A stretch of DNA of 64,000 nt from Candidatus Limnocylindria bacterium (GCA_050692055.1 JBOGTC010000039.1:8060-72059), one strand, 5' to 3'. Numbered from the stretch's first letter, positions 52,813 to 63,374 are shown. Program-made: numbers and translations. The notes: generated by a model from the sequence alone, not told the origin.

Positions 52813-54210
52813 TCAGCCGCCGGACTCGCCCTCCCACGGGTCGTAGTCGGGGTCGGGGGGTTCGGCGGCGGGACGCAGCTTCTCCGGCACGTTGCGCAGG
52901 TTGACGCGCACCCGCCACCAGACGGTGGAGCGGCCGCGCATCGCATCGACCAGCACGTCCTCGGGATCGCGAACGTGCTCGGCCGCCTCCGGGTGGCGTG
53001 CGCGCCACCGGTCCAGCCCGGCGAGGGCGTCCGCCTTGTCGGCCGCCTGGGCGATCACCAGCAGTGGCTGCGTCGATCGGCGCCGACCGGTGGGCGAGAC
53101 GGTGCCGTCTTCCCGCCGCAACGACGCCGATGGACGAGGCGGGGCCACCGAGCCGAGGCGTCCACGCGGGGCGGAGGGATCCGTGGGCGGTCGCGAATCG
53201 GCCGGAGGGATCCGGCGCTTCGAGGGCTGGACGCGTGGCGGCTCCCCGGCCTGCTTGGCGTAGTGCGGCGGCCAGGGCGCATCGCCCTCTCCCTCCGCCT
53301 CGTGGCGCGCCACCAGCTCGAGCAGCGGATCCAGCGAGAACGCCTGCTCATCGATGCCGGCGCCGACCTCGCCCAGCCGCTCGACACGTGGCGGGACGGT
53401 GGCTACGGTGAAGTCCTCGAGCTCCGCGTCGGGCACCTCCTCCCACGTCAGCGGGGCTGCGACGCGCGCATCGGGCACCGGCCGCACCGAGTACGCCGAC
53501 GCCACCGTCCGATCCTTGGCGTTCTGGTTGTAGTCGATGAAGACGCCGTGCCGCTCCTCCTTCCACCACTTGGACGTCGCGAGCGAGGGCGCCCGCCGCT
53601 CGACCTCGCGGGCGAGCGCCAGCGCCGCACGCCGCACGTCGCCGAAGCCCCAGCGCGGCGCGATCCGCACGTATACGTGCATGCCGCGTGAGCCGGACGT
53701 CTTCGGCCACCCGACAAGCCCCAGCTCGGAGAGCACATCGCGCACGGCGAGGGCCACGCGGCGCACGTCATCCCAGCCGACCCCCGGCCCCGGATCGAGA
53801 TCGACGCGCAGCTCGTCAGGATGCTCGAGGTCGCCGGAGCGCACGGGATGCGGGTTGAGGTCGATGCATCCGAGGTTCACGATCCAGGCCAGGGCGGCGG
53901 CGTTGTCGACCACGACCTCGTCGGCGGTGCGGCCGGACGGGAACGACAGCTCGACCGTGCGGACGAACGGCGGAAGCTTCGCCGGAGCCCGCTTCTGGAA
54001 GAAGAACTCGCCAGCGGCTCCGTTCACGAAGCGCTTGAGCGCCATCGGCCGGTCGCGAACGCCGCGCAGCGCGCCATCGGCGACGGCGAGGTAATAGCGC
54101 ACGAGATCGAGCTTGGTGATTCCCGCATCGGCGAAGAAGATCTTGCCGGGGTTGCTCAGCGTGACCTCGTGCCCGTCCAGGCTGAGCGTCTCCGACTCGG
54201 CGCGCGGCAT
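52813..54210 (-). CDS. LigD-Pol / Prim-PolC-like primase-polymerase with a C-terminal extension
   Basis: SNPGKIFF, TKLDLVRYY, FFQKRAP, RVDLDP (DxD), KTSGSRGMHVY, FIDYNQN; start chosen at MPRAES. Confidence 0.9.
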   Translation of the reverse strand: MPRAESETLSLDGHEVTLSNPGKIFFADAGITKLDLVRYYLAVADGALRGVRDRPMALKRFVNGAAGEFFFQKRAPAKLPPFVRTVELSFPSGRTADEVVVDNAAALAWIVNLGCIDLNPHPVRSGDLEHPDELRVDLDPGPGVGWDDVRRVALAVRDVLSELGLVGWPKTSGSRGMHVYVRIAPRWGFGDVRRAALALAREVERRAPSLATSKWWKEERHGVFIDYNQNAKDRTVASAYSVRPVPDARVAAPLTWEEVPDAELEDFTVATVPPRVERLGEVGAGIDEQAFSLDPLLELVARHEAEGEGDAPWPPHYAKQAGEPPRVQPSKRRIPPADSRPPTDPSAPRGRLGSVAPPRPSASLRREDGTVSPTGRRRSTQPLLVIAQAADKADALAGLDRWRARHPEAAEHVRDPEDVLVDAMRGRSTVWWRVRVNLRNVPEKLRPAAEPPDPDYDPWEGESGG

Positions 54211-54283
54211 GCCATCAGGGTACCCTGCGCTCCAGCCGTCGTCTGACAGCGGCACGCGCCTTGCGGACCACCGACCGACACCG

Positions 54284-55327
54284 ATGATCGAACGAGCCAA
54301 GCGCCTGGCCGGCGACCTGGACCGATGGAGCCTGCGTCATCGCGCCGCGCGGGTGACGCGCCGCGCGGTGAGCGGCTTCCTGGCGCACGAGGCCCTGCAG
54401 TACGCGGGCAGCATGGCCTATTTCGGCGTCCTCTCGATCTTCCAGCTGCTCGTGCTCGCCGTGGTTGTCATCAGCTTCGTCGCCGGCGAGGGCGCCGGGC
54501 GCGCGTTCGTGCTCGACCAGGTGACCGCCGGATCGCCGATCGACCGCGAGACAGTGGCGGGCGTCATCGACGCGTCGATCGAGTCGCGCGGCCAGATCAC
54601 GATCATCGGCCTTGCCTTCCTGCTGTGGAGCGGGCTCGGCGTGTTCTCGGCCCTCTCCGGCGGGATCGGGCGCGCGTTCGAGGCGGCGCCGCGGCGGGGA
54701 CTCGTGAAGGACAAGCTCGTCGGGCTGTTACTGATGGGCCTCACCGGGCTGCTGGCGCTGGCCTCGCTCGTCATCGGCATCGTCACCGGCGTCCTCCAGC
54801 GCCTGGCCGACGATGCCATCGGCGGCCTGCCAGGGCAGGGGATCGCGCTGAACGTCATCGGCTCCGTGGTCCCGATCATCCTGATCTTCTTCGCCTTCTG
54901 GATCATCTATCGCGTGGTCCCGAACCGCCCGGTCACGTTCGGCGAGGTCTGGCCGGGAGCAGTGGTGGCGGCGGCGCTGTGGACCATCCTGCGTTTCGGG
55001 TTCACCTACTACGCCACGAACGTCGCCGATTACGACTCCGCCTTTGGGCCCATTGCCACCGCCGTCACCCTGCTCGTCTTCCTGTACTTCGCGAGCGTCA
55101 TCGTGCTGCTCGGGGCCGAGTTCGCGCGCGCCAACGCCCTCGACGACGAGCTCGCGGCTTCGCACGTCGCCGATCCGCGCCTGTTGCCGGTGGCCGCCGA
55201 CTCGCCCGTCTCCGGCCCCGGCGAGCCGACCCGGAGGCGAGGCGGGCTGCCGCGCTGGGCATTCCTGGCAGGCGGCGCGCTCATCGGGCTCGTGGCGGGC
55301 AGGCTCACGAAGCGCGACGAGGAGTGA
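54284..55327 (+). CDS. YihY/virulence factor BrkB family membrane protein
   Basis: AGSMAYFGVLSIF, YRVVPN, VWPGA, YDSAFG..LLVFLYF..LLGAEF. Confidence 0.9.
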   Translation: MIERAKRLAGDLDRWSLRHRAARVTRRAVSGFLAHEALQYAGSMAYFGVLSIFQLLVLAVVVISFVAGEGAGRAFVLDQVTAGSPIDRETVAGVIDASIESRGQITIIGLAFLLWSGLGVFSALSGGIGRAFEAAPRRGLVKDKLVGLLLMGLTGLLALASLVIGIVTGVLQRLADDAIGGLPGQGIALNVIGSVVPIILIFFAFWIIYRVVPNRPVTFGEVWPGAVVAAALWTILRFGFTYYATNVADYDSAFGPIATAVTLLVFLYFASVIVLLGAEFARANALDDELAASHVADPRLLPVAADSPVSGPGEPTRRRGGLPRWAFLAGGALIGLVAGRLTKRDEE

Positions 55328-55468
55328 GCTACCGTCAGAGCTGGCGCGGGAGTACAACGGTGTAGTACATTCGGCCCCGTTCCGCTGGCCGGCAGGATAG
55401 GTCAGCATCCTCCCGGACCTCTCGCTACGGGGCAAAGGGCAATTGCATACCGAACGGATCACCGCCGT

Positions 55469-56902
55469 ATGAGGCGACGATCCCATCTGGCCGCCTGGTT
55501 CGTCGCCCTGTTGATGGTCAGCTGGAGCGTCGTGACAACCGAACCCCGCGGCCTGGCCCTTGCCGCGGACCCGGAAGCGGAGCTCGCGCGCACCCGGGAA
55601 CTGCTGGCCGACGCAAGGTCGACGCACCAGTCGCTTCAGGCTGAGCTGAATCAGCAGCGCGCCGAGCTGGCTCAGCTGCAGCGCCGCTCGGCCGACCTGG
55701 ATGCGCAGCTCGACCTCGCCAGGGCGGAGCTCGCCGCCGTCACCGCCGAGCACGATCGCGTGGGGGGGCTGCTCGAGCAGGTTCGCGTCGAGATCACCGA
55801 GATCGAGGCCCACCTCGCCGAGCTCCACGCGCAGATCGACGCGCTCGACGCTCAGCTGCTCGAGGTCGCCAACGACATCCGCCGCCGCAGCGCCGATCTC
55901 GAGGACCGCGAGGCGCTGCTGCAGGACCATCTCCGCGCGGCCTACGAGCGGTCGCAGACCTCGCTGCTCGAGGTCATCCTGTCCGCCGACTCACTCGACG
56001 AGGCGACCACCCAGGTCGGCTACCTGCTCAACGTCTCGGACCAGGACGTGGCGCTGGCCGAGGAGATCCGGTCGATCCGTGCCGAGCTGGAGATGCGCAG
56101 GGAAACCCTCGCGGACGGCAGGCGGGTGCTGTCGGAGGCTCGCAAGGTCGCGCGCGACCAGGAGGACCAGCTTCACGCACGCCAGGCTGAGCTCGCCGAG
56201 CTGGAGGCCCAGCTCGCCGAGCTGAAGGTCGCAGCCGACCAGAAGCGCGCCGAGCAGGAAGCGGCGCTCAACGCTTCGCTGCAGGCGGAAGGGGACGTCG
56301 AGGCCTCCATCGCGGACAACGAGCGCGCGGCGCAGGCCGCCACCGAGCTCGCCAACCGGCTGCAGTCGCAGGCCGCGGCGCAGCAGGCGGCGATCGAGGA
56401 GGCCAGGCGGCGCGCGGCCGAAGAGGCCGCTCGACGCGCGGCCGAGCAGGAGGCGGCACGGCGCGACGCGGTCTCAAGCTATGGTTTCCGTTGGCCGGAG
56501 GACACCTTCCGCGTCACGCAGGAGTGGGGACCAACGAGCTTCGTCCTCGAGCCCCCGTACAACTACAAGGGCACGTACTACCCCCACTTCCACGGCGGCA
56601 TCGACTTCGCCAACGGCTGCGGCACGCCGATCCACGCCACCGGCCCGGGCGTGGTCGTCGCCTCCGGCCAGCCGCTTGCGCCGTGGGACTCCGGCTATGG
56701 CGTAGTCATCGACCACGGCAGTGGCATGCAGTCGTGGTACTGGCACATGCAGCCGCGGGTCATCGTCTCGCCCGGGCAGATCGTGACCGGCCAGTCCGTG
56801 ATCGGCTACGAGGGGACGACCGGGATGTCCACAGGCTGCCACGTCCACTTCGCGATCAACCACCATGGATGGTGGGAGAACCCGCGCAACTACCTCCCCT
56901 GA
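55469..56902 (+). CDS. Coiled-coil M23 family peptidase (EnvC/MepM-like)
   Basis: Signal peptide, ~300-aa coiled coil, HGGIDFA (HxxxD), HVHF (HxH). Confidence 0.9.
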   Translation: MRRRSHLAAWFVALLMVSWSVVTTEPRGLALAADPEAELARTRELLADARSTHQSLQAELNQQRAELAQLQRRSADLDAQLDLARAELAAVTAEHDRVGGLLEQVRVEITEIEAHLAELHAQIDALDAQLLEVANDIRRRSADLEDREALLQDHLRAAYERSQTSLLEVILSADSLDEATTQVGYLLNVSDQDVALAEEIRSIRAELEMRRETLADGRRVLSEARKVARDQEDQLHARQAELAELEAQLAELKVAADQKRAEQEAALNASLQAEGDVEASIADNERAAQAATELANRLQSQAAAQQAAIEEARRRAAEEAARRAAEQEAARRDAVSSYGFRWPEDTFRVTQEWGPTSFVLEPPYNYKGTYYPHFHGGIDFANGCGTPIHATGPGVVVASGQPLAPWDSGYGVVIDHGSGMQSWYWHMQPRVIVSPGQIVTGQSVIGYEGTTGMSTGCHVHFAINHHGWWENPRNYLP

Positions 56903-59055
56903 AGCGCAACCGGATGGCGAACGGCCGGCAGGTAGAGGCGATCCACGTACTCGGTCAGCATGCGCGCGGTGCTGAACTGCCATAGCGCCGCGGAGATCGC
57001 GGCGCGCATGGTCTCGAGCCAGGCGCGCGGGCAGCCCTGCTCGTCCCGATCGAAGAAGCGGGGGACGATCTCCTCCTCCAGGAGCCGATACAGCTCCTGC
57101 GCATCGGCGTAGTCCTGCGCTCCATCATCGGCGGACGATTCCCGCCCGCCGATGGCCCAGCCGTTGTCGCCGCCGAAGCCCTCGTCCCACCACCCGTCCA
57201 GGATGCTGACCGACGGGATGCCGTTGATGGCCGCCTTCATGCCCGAGGTGCCGGAGGCCTCCATTGGCCTTCGCGGATTGTTGAGCCAGATGTCGACCCC
57301 GCCCACCAGGAAGCGGGCGATCCGCATGTCGTAGTCCTCCACGATGAACACGCGGCCGCGCAGGGGATCCGAGCGCGACAGCTCGAAGATGCGCTGAATC
57401 ACTCGCTGTCCGGGGCGATCGGCCGGGTGCGCCTTGCCGGCGATCACGATCTGCACCGGCCGCTCCGAATCGGACAGGATGCGCGCCAGGCGCTCCTCGT
57501 CGCTGAAGAGGAGGTCGGCGCGCTTGTAGGTGGCGAAGCGCCGCGCAAAGCCGATGGTCAACGCATCCGGATCAAAGATCCCCCGCGTGTGACGGAGGGC
57601 ATCCGGGGACTCGCCGTGCCGCGCGAACTGGCGCGCCAGGCGTCCCTCCAGGAAATGGATGAGCTCGCGCTTCTGCTGTCCGTGCGCCGCCCACAGCTCG
57701 CCGTCCTCGAGTGCGTCCAGGCGCTCCACCGGCTCCGAGGAACCCAGGTCGGGACCGATCGGCGCGTTCATCGCGCGCTCGAACAGCCGGCGCGCGGGAA
57801 GGCCGAGCCAGGTGGCAACGTGGACGCCGTTGGTGATGGCCTGGATCGGGTAGCCGGCCACGGGCTCCCACGTATCGGTGGCGGTCCGGCCGTGAAGCTG
57901 GCTCACCGCGTTCGCGCCGCTGGCATGACGCAGCACGAAGGCGGTCATGTCGAACGGGGCGTCGGGATCGTCGGTGCGGCCTCGTCCGAGCTCGAGCAGC
58001 TCGCCGGGCTCCATGCGCGCGGCCGAGAGCCACGATGCCAGGCCGCTGGTGACCAGATCCCGACCGAAGACCTCGTTCCCGGCGGGCACCGGCGTGTGGA
58101 TCGTGAAGACCGCGTTGCGGCCAACGCGACGCAGCGCCTCGGAGGCGGCCAGCCCGCTCTCAGCGGCGATGAGCTCGCGAGCACGCTCCAGCAGCAGGAA
58201 CGCGGAGTGGCCCTCGTTGAGGTGCCAGACGGCAGGCTCGATGCCGAGCGCCCGCAGCGCACGAACGCCGCCGATGCCCAGGACCAGCTCCTGGCACATC
58301 CGCATCTCGCGGCCGCGGACGTAGAGGATCTGGGTGATCGGCCGGTCCGCCGGGTCGTTCGCCGCGACCTCGGTATCGAGCAGCAGGATCGGCACGCGGC
58401 CCACCTGGGCGACCCAGACCGCGGCATGGACGACACGATCCGCGAAGTCGATCTGCACCTGGACCGGGGCGCCGTTTCGGCCGCGAGCTCGGCGCAGGGG
58501 CAGCTGGGCCGGATCGAGATCCGGCTGCGCGTGCTCCTGGTGGCCATCGGCGTCGATCTGCTGCCGGAAGTAGCCGCGGCGATAGAGCAGGCCGATGCCG
58601 ACGAACGGGAGCGCCGCATCGGATGCCGACTTGCAGTGGTCGCCGGCCAGGATGCCGAGGCCGCCGGAGTAGATCTGCATCGATTCGTGGATGCCGAACT
58701 CGGCGCAGAAGTAGGCCACCGGTCCGGGCAGCTTCCGGTCGGGCGAGGCCCCGTACCAGGAGTCCGCCCCGTTCTCCATGTAACGGTCGAACTCATCGAG
58801 CACGCGGCTGGCGTCGACCATGAAGTCCTCGTCGCCGGTGAGCTCCGCCCAGCGCGCCTGGTTGGTGCCGGTGAGCACCGGAATCGGGTTTCGGTGTCGC
58901 GCCCAGGTCAGGTGGTCGATTCGGCTGAACAGGGACTGGGCGCGCGGTGTCCAGCTCCACCACAGGTTGTAGGCCACCTCGCCAAGGCCCTCGAGGCCGG
59001 CCGGCAGATTGAAATCGTGCCCGGGCAGCGTCGGAACTCGGATCGACGTTGTCAT
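56890..59055 (-). CDS. glgP: Alpha-glucan phosphorylase
   Basis: AYNLWWSW, YSGGLGILAGD, HLNEGH, ITNGVH, ARRFATYKRA, EASGTSGMKA. Confidence 0.96.
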   Translation of the reverse strand: MTTSIRVPTLPGHDFNLPAGLEGLGEVAYNLWWSWTPRAQSLFSRIDHLTWARHRNPIPVLTGTNQARWAELTGDEDFMVDASRVLDEFDRYMENGADSWYGASPDRKLPGPVAYFCAEFGIHESMQIYSGGLGILAGDHCKSASDAALPFVGIGLLYRRGYFRQQIDADGHQEHAQPDLDPAQLPLRRARGRNGAPVQVQIDFADRVVHAAVWVAQVGRVPILLLDTEVAANDPADRPITQILYVRGREMRMCQELVLGIGGVRALRALGIEPAVWHLNEGHSAFLLLERARELIAAESGLAASEALRRVGRNAVFTIHTPVPAGNEVFGRDLVTSGLASWLSAARMEPGELLELGRGRTDDPDAPFDMTAFVLRHASGANAVSQLHGRTATDTWEPVAGYPIQAITNGVHVATWLGLPARRLFERAMNAPIGPDLGSSEPVERLDALEDGELWAAHGQQKRELIHFLEGRLARQFARHGESPDALRHTRGIFDPDALTIGFARRFATYKRADLLFSDEERLARILSDSERPVQIVIAGKAHPADRPGQRVIQRIFELSRSDPLRGRVFIVEDYDMRIARFLVGGVDIWLNNPRRPMEASGTSGMKAAINGIPSVSILDGWWDEGFGGDNGWAIGGRESSADDGAQDYADAQELYRLLEEEIVPRFFDRDEQGCPRAWLETMRAAISAALWQFSTARMLTEYVDRLYLPAVRHPVALQGR

Positions 59056-59090
59056 GGAGCTCGGATGATAGCCGCGCGCGACGGCGTACG

Positions 59091-60374
59091 ATGGAGCCGA
59101 TGACATCGATCATCGAGCGCCGCGGCCTGGATGTCGCCGCCGTGCGGGACCACTTCCCTTCGCTCGCACGACGGCTCGACGGCCGCTCCATCGCCTATCT
59201 CGACGGCCCGGGTGGGACCCAGGTGCCGCGCGAATGCATCGACGCCATGGTCGCCTACCTGGAGACCTCGAACGCCAATCACGGCGGCGCCTTCGCCGCG
59301 GCGATCGAGACCGAGGCGATGCTGCACGAGGCCCGCGCGGCGGCGGCCGACTTCATCGGCGCGCACGATCCGGCCGAGATCGTCTTCGGGCAGAACATGA
59401 CGACGCTGACGTTCGCGCTCAGCCGCGCCATCGGTCGTGAGCTTGCGACAGGGGACGAGCTCATCGTCACGCGCCTTGACCACGACGCCAACGTCGCGCC
59501 GTGGCTGTCGGTGGCGGGCGAGCGCGGCGCGATCGTGCGCTGGGTCGACCTGCGGCCCGAGGACGGCACGCTCGACCTCGACGATCTGGAGCGCCTGGTG
59601 GGGCCGCGCACCCGGCTCGTGGCCATCGGCATGGCCTCCAATGCGCTCGGCACGCTCAACGACGTCGGTCGCGCGATCGAGGTCGCCCATGCCGTTGGCG
59701 CGGTGGCCTTCGTGGACGCGGTGCACGCCGCACCCCACCTGCCCATCGACGTGGCGGCGCTGCGCGCCGACTTTCTGGCCTGCTCGCCCTACAAGTTCTT
59801 CGGGCCGCACCTCGGCATCCTGTACGGGCGGCGCGAGCTGCTCGAGCGGCTGCCCGCGTACCGGGTGCGACCCGCCGGCGACGCGCTGCCCGGCCGGTTC
59901 GAGACGGGCACGCAGAGCCACGAGGCGCTGGCCGGGCTGCTCGGAACGTTCCGCTATCTTGAGTCGGTGGGCCGGGCCTACGGTGGCGGCTCAGCCGAGC
60001 CGTCACGGCGAGGCGCGCTGCACGCAGCGATGGGCGCCTTCCGGGCCTACGAGCGGAAGTTGATCGGTCCCGCGCTGGAGGGCCTGGGGGGCGTGCCGGG
60101 CCTGCGCCTGTTCGGCATCGCGGATGCCTCCCGCATCGAGGAGCGGGTGCCGACCTTTGCGTTCACCCTGCGCGGGCGCCATCCGCGAGCGGTCGCCGAG
60201 CACCTGGCACGACAGGCGATCAGCACCTGGGACGGCGACTTCTACGCCTGGGAGCTGATCCGCCGGCTCGGGCTGGAGGACTCCGGCGGGCTGGTGCGCA
60301 TCGGCTTCGTGCACTACAACACGGCCGAGGAGCTCGATCGCCTGGTGCACGCCCTGCTCGAGCTCGCCGGCTGA
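59091..60374 (+). CDS. Cysteine desulfurase-like class V aminotransferase
   Basis: LDGPGGTQVP, DHDANVAPW, VDAVH, CSPYKFFGPH (PLP lysine). Confidence 0.92.
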   Translation: MEPMTSIIERRGLDVAAVRDHFPSLARRLDGRSIAYLDGPGGTQVPRECIDAMVAYLETSNANHGGAFAAAIETEAMLHEARAAAADFIGAHDPAEIVFGQNMTTLTFALSRAIGRELATGDELIVTRLDHDANVAPWLSVAGERGAIVRWVDLRPEDGTLDLDDLERLVGPRTRLVAIGMASNALGTLNDVGRAIEVAHAVGAVAFVDAVHAAPHLPIDVAALRADFLACSPYKFFGPHLGILYGRRELLERLPAYRVRPAGDALPGRFETGTQSHEALAGLLGTFRYLESVGRAYGGGSAEPSRRGALHAAMGAFRAYERKLIGPALEGLGGVPGLRLFGIADASRIEERVPTFAFTLRGRHPRAVAEHLARQAISTWDGDFYAWELIRRLGLEDSGGLVRIGFVHYNTAEELDRLVHALLELAG

Positions 60375-60429
60375 CTGGCGGGCGCCCCGTCGCCGCCTCT
60401 TGAGGGCAGGCGGTACCCTTAGCGCCCGA

Positions 60430-61902
60430 ATGGACGGCTACACGGTCAACGAGGCGGCCTCGGTCCTGGGCGTGCCCACGGAGCGCATCTGGGAGCTGCT
60501 CGCGCGCGGCGTCCTTTCCGGGACGCCCGAGGGCACGACCGGCATGCGGGTCTTCCTGCAGCCTCGTCCCGGACCGACGACCCCCGGCACCGCGACCGGC
60601 CCGGGAGAGCCAACGCGAGCGAACGGCAACGGCGCCAACGACCCGCCGGCCGAGGCGAGCCCGTTCCGCGAGCTGCTGACCGAGTTCCGGAACCTGACCG
60701 AGCGCTACGGTCAGGCGCTGCTGGCGCTCGGCGAGGCGCGCGGCGAGGCCTCGGCGCTGAGGTCCCGCGTCGAGGTGCTCGAGGCAAGGATGGACCTGCG
60801 GCTTCCGTCCGCGAGCGCATCGCCGCCGCCAGTGTCCTGGACCACCACGCCGATGCCCGTCATCGATGAGCGGCTTGCCGCCTCGGCCGTTACGGCGGAC
60901 GCGCATCCGGAAGCCGGAGAGCCGCAGGCCCGCGCCCGGCGGCGACGCACGCGGAGCGGGCGACTGGCTCCTGAGGAGATCGCCGAGGCCCTGGGCCGGG
61001 CGGACGACCCGTCCCCGTCCGAGCTGCCGGATGGTCGCGAGGCCCCGGACGCGGAGCCGCTCGAATCGCGGATCCTCGCCAGCGAGGCCACGCCACGCAT
61101 CCCGATCGTGCCGATCGACGCGGATGATGCCCTGCCCAGGGACGCCGCCCCGGCCGAGGTCGTCAGCCTCGACGAGGAGCCGGCAGCGCCCGGGATCGTC
61201 GAGATGACCACGCGAGCCAGGGAAGCGGAGGCGGAACCCGGGCTTCCGCCAACCGCGCCGACCGCGCCCGCGCCCGATTCCCCGTACTCGACGGCCATCG
61301 AGGACGCGGATTGGTTCAGCGACGCGGAGCTCACGACCGATCGATCCGCGCAGCCGTTCGAAGAGCCGTGGCCCGCAACGCCTCAGGCAGAAGACGAGCA
61401 GGCGGACGCCGAGAACGACTTCGCGGCAGAGCTGGAGATCGCGACTCCCGGCTGGCGCACCGCCGACGTGACCGATGCCGGAGAGCTGCAGGCACCGGGA
61501 CCCGGCCTCTCGACCGAGGCCGAGGCCGGGCCGGAGCCCTGGCGCGCGGGTGAGGCCTGGGACGTGGAACGGGACGAGTGGCCCGAGATGCCCGGTACGC
61601 GTGGCACGTCCCGATCGGCCATTGAGGCTCCCGAGCCGGTGGAGGCTGATGAGCCGGCCCTGGAGATGCCCGGTTCCCGCGAGCTCGATGAGGCGCTGGC
61701 CGCACTCGACGCGCTGTCGGGACCAGCTGCCTTCGAGCCCTCGGCTGATGAGCCTCCGGGTGCTTCGCTCGAACCGCCCGTGGAGACCGCACCGCCAGAG
61801 TCCCACCCCGCTCCTGAGCAGGGTGAATTCGAGCCGCCCCCCGGCTCCAGCGGGTCGACCTCGCGGGCCTACGGCCGCCTTCGCCGAACCTTCCCCGGTT
61901 GA
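60430..61902 (+). CDS. N-terminal HTH, coiled coil and long acidic Pro/Glu-rich region; hypothetical protein
   Basis: YTVNEAASVLGV..WELLARG HTH; FRELLTEFRNLTERYGQALLALGEARGEASALRSRVEVLEARM coil; acidic tail. Confidence 0.75.
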   Translation: MDGYTVNEAASVLGVPTERIWELLARGVLSGTPEGTTGMRVFLQPRPGPTTPGTATGPGEPTRANGNGANDPPAEASPFRELLTEFRNLTERYGQALLALGEARGEASALRSRVEVLEARMDLRLPSASASPPPVSWTTTPMPVIDERLAASAVTADAHPEAGEPQARARRRRTRSGRLAPEEIAEALGRADDPSPSELPDGREAPDAEPLESRILASEATPRIPIVPIDADDALPRDAAPAEVVSLDEEPAAPGIVEMTTRAREAEAEPGLPPTAPTAPAPDSPYSTAIEDADWFSDAELTTDRSAQPFEEPWPATPQAEDEQADAENDFAAELEIATPGWRTADVTDAGELQAPGPGLSTEAEAGPEPWRAGEAWDVERDEWPEMPGTRGTSRSAIEAPEPVEADEPALEMPGSRELDEALAALDALSGPAAFEPSADEPPGASLEPPVETAPPESHPAPEQGEFEPPPGSSGSTSRAYGRLRRTFPG

Positions 61903-61904
61903 CC

Positions 61905-63374
61905 TCAGGCGCCCGGACCGAGGTGGTAGCCAAGCCACCGGGGCAGCCGCGTCATCACGCGGAGCGGCCATGACGGAGCACGCCCGGCCTCCTCGCCGTC
62001 CTCGCGACGGATCATGGCTTCGCGGATGAGGCGCGCGCCGGCGGAGCGCAGCGGCTCGGGCGGGAAGCGCCGGCGCGGCGGCCCCACGATCGGCAGCCGC
62101 GTGACCGCCTCGTCCGAGCCCAGCGCCAGGGCTGCCAGGATGCGGCCACCGAGATGCGACGGTGCGATCCCGTTGCCCGAGTATCCGACCCCGATGTGGA
62201 TGTGCCCGCCGGGCACTGACCAGAACCGGGGAAGGTGATCGGGCGAGACATCGATCGGCCCACCCCAGGCATCGGTCAGGCGCACCTCGCGCAGCTGCGG
62301 GAAGAGCCCGCGGAAGGCGACGGCCGCGCGCCTGGCGGCCGACACGTCGTCGGTGAAGGAAGGACCGATGCGGCCGGCATAGCCCGGGCTTCCACCTCCG
62401 GCACCGATGGCGATGCGGCCATCGCGCGTGACGCGCAGGTAGTGGACGCTGGCCCGCGCATCGACGATCGACTCGCCGCCGGTCCAGCCGAGCTCGCGCT
62501 CGACGATGTCGGCGATCGGCTCGGAGCGGACCATGTAGCTCGACCAGGTGAGGATCGCGCGTCGCGCCCAGCGCCAGCCCGCCGCCCATGCGTTGACCGC
62601 CAGGACCACGTGCCGCGCGCGGACCTCGCCGCGATCCGTCATGACCCGCAGCCGTGTCGCGGATCGGATGGCACGGATGGCGCGCACGCGCGTCCCCTCG
62701 TGGATCGTCGCGCCCTGGTGCAGAATGACCCGCCGCAGGCCGCGAGCCAGCAGCGCGGGATGAACGGTGGCGCCGTCGCGCATGAACGCCGCTCCGCGGA
62801 AGCGCGGGGAGCGGCAGCGCCGAGCCACCGCGTCCGGGCTCAGCTCCACGAGCGCCAGCGGCTCGCCAAGCCGGGTTGCGGCGGCGATATCGCCCAACCA
62901 GCGGCCATCGTGCAGCGGGGTGGTGGACACGGTCAGCATCCCCGAGCGTCGGTAGTGCGCGTCGACGCCGTGGCGGTCGCACCATGCGCCGATGTCGTGG
63001 ACGCTGGCCGCCGCCTCGCGAGCGCAGGCCAGCGCGCCATCGGCCCCGTAGAGGTCGACCAGGGTGGCGATCTCGTCCCACCAGCCGTTGACGAAGCCGC
63101 CGTTGCGACCGGACGGGCCTCCGCCGCAGATGTCCTGCTCCAGGACCACGACGCGCAGCTCCGGTTCCTGTTCGAGCAGGTGGTGAGCGGTCCATAGGCC
63201 GGTGTAGCCGCCACCCACGACCGCCACGTCGGCCTCGGCCGATCCGTCCAGTGGCGGCAGGGGCGCGGGATCGCCCTCGGCCGCGAGCGCCTCGCGCAGC
63301 CAGGGGGAGCGCTGACCGTGCCCGGGCCGGAGGGCAAGGTCGGCATCGGTCAGGAGCGAGACGTCCATCGGCAT
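61905..63374 (-). CDS. FAD-dependent oxidoreductase (DAO/PuuB-like)
   Basis: DVAVVGGGYTGLW, GGGPSGRNGGF, VHPALLARGL, WGGPID, GYSGNG. Confidence 0.92.
   Translation of the reverse strand: MPMDVSLLTDADLALRPGHGQRSPWLREALAAEGDPAPLPPLDGSAEADVAVVGGGYTGLWTAHHLLEQEPELRVVVLEQDICGGGPSGRNGGFVNGWWDEIATLVDLYGADGALACAREAAASVHDIGAWCDRHGVDAHYRRSGMLTVSTTPLHDGRWLGDIAAATRLGEPLALVELSPDAVARRCRSPRFRGAAFMRDGATVHPALLARGLRRVILHQGATIHEGTRVRAIRAIRSATRLRVMTDRGEVRARHVVLAVNAWAAGWRWARRAILTWSSYMVRSEPIADIVERELGWTGGESIVDARASVHYLRVTRDGRIAIGAGGGSPGYAGRIGPSFTDDVSAARRAAVAFRGLFPQLREVRLTDAWGGPIDVSPDHLPRFWSVPGGHIHIGVGYSGNGIAPSHLGGRILAALALGSDEAVTRLPIVGPPRRRFPPEPLRSAGARLIREAMIRREDGEEAGRAPSWPLRVMTRLPRWLGYHLGPGA

Noticed and set aside
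55330-55468. c-di-AMP or c-di-GMP riboswitch upstream of the M23 peptidase
   Set aside because: Only a GGGCAAA fragment; the rest of the ydaO and GEMM cores is absent
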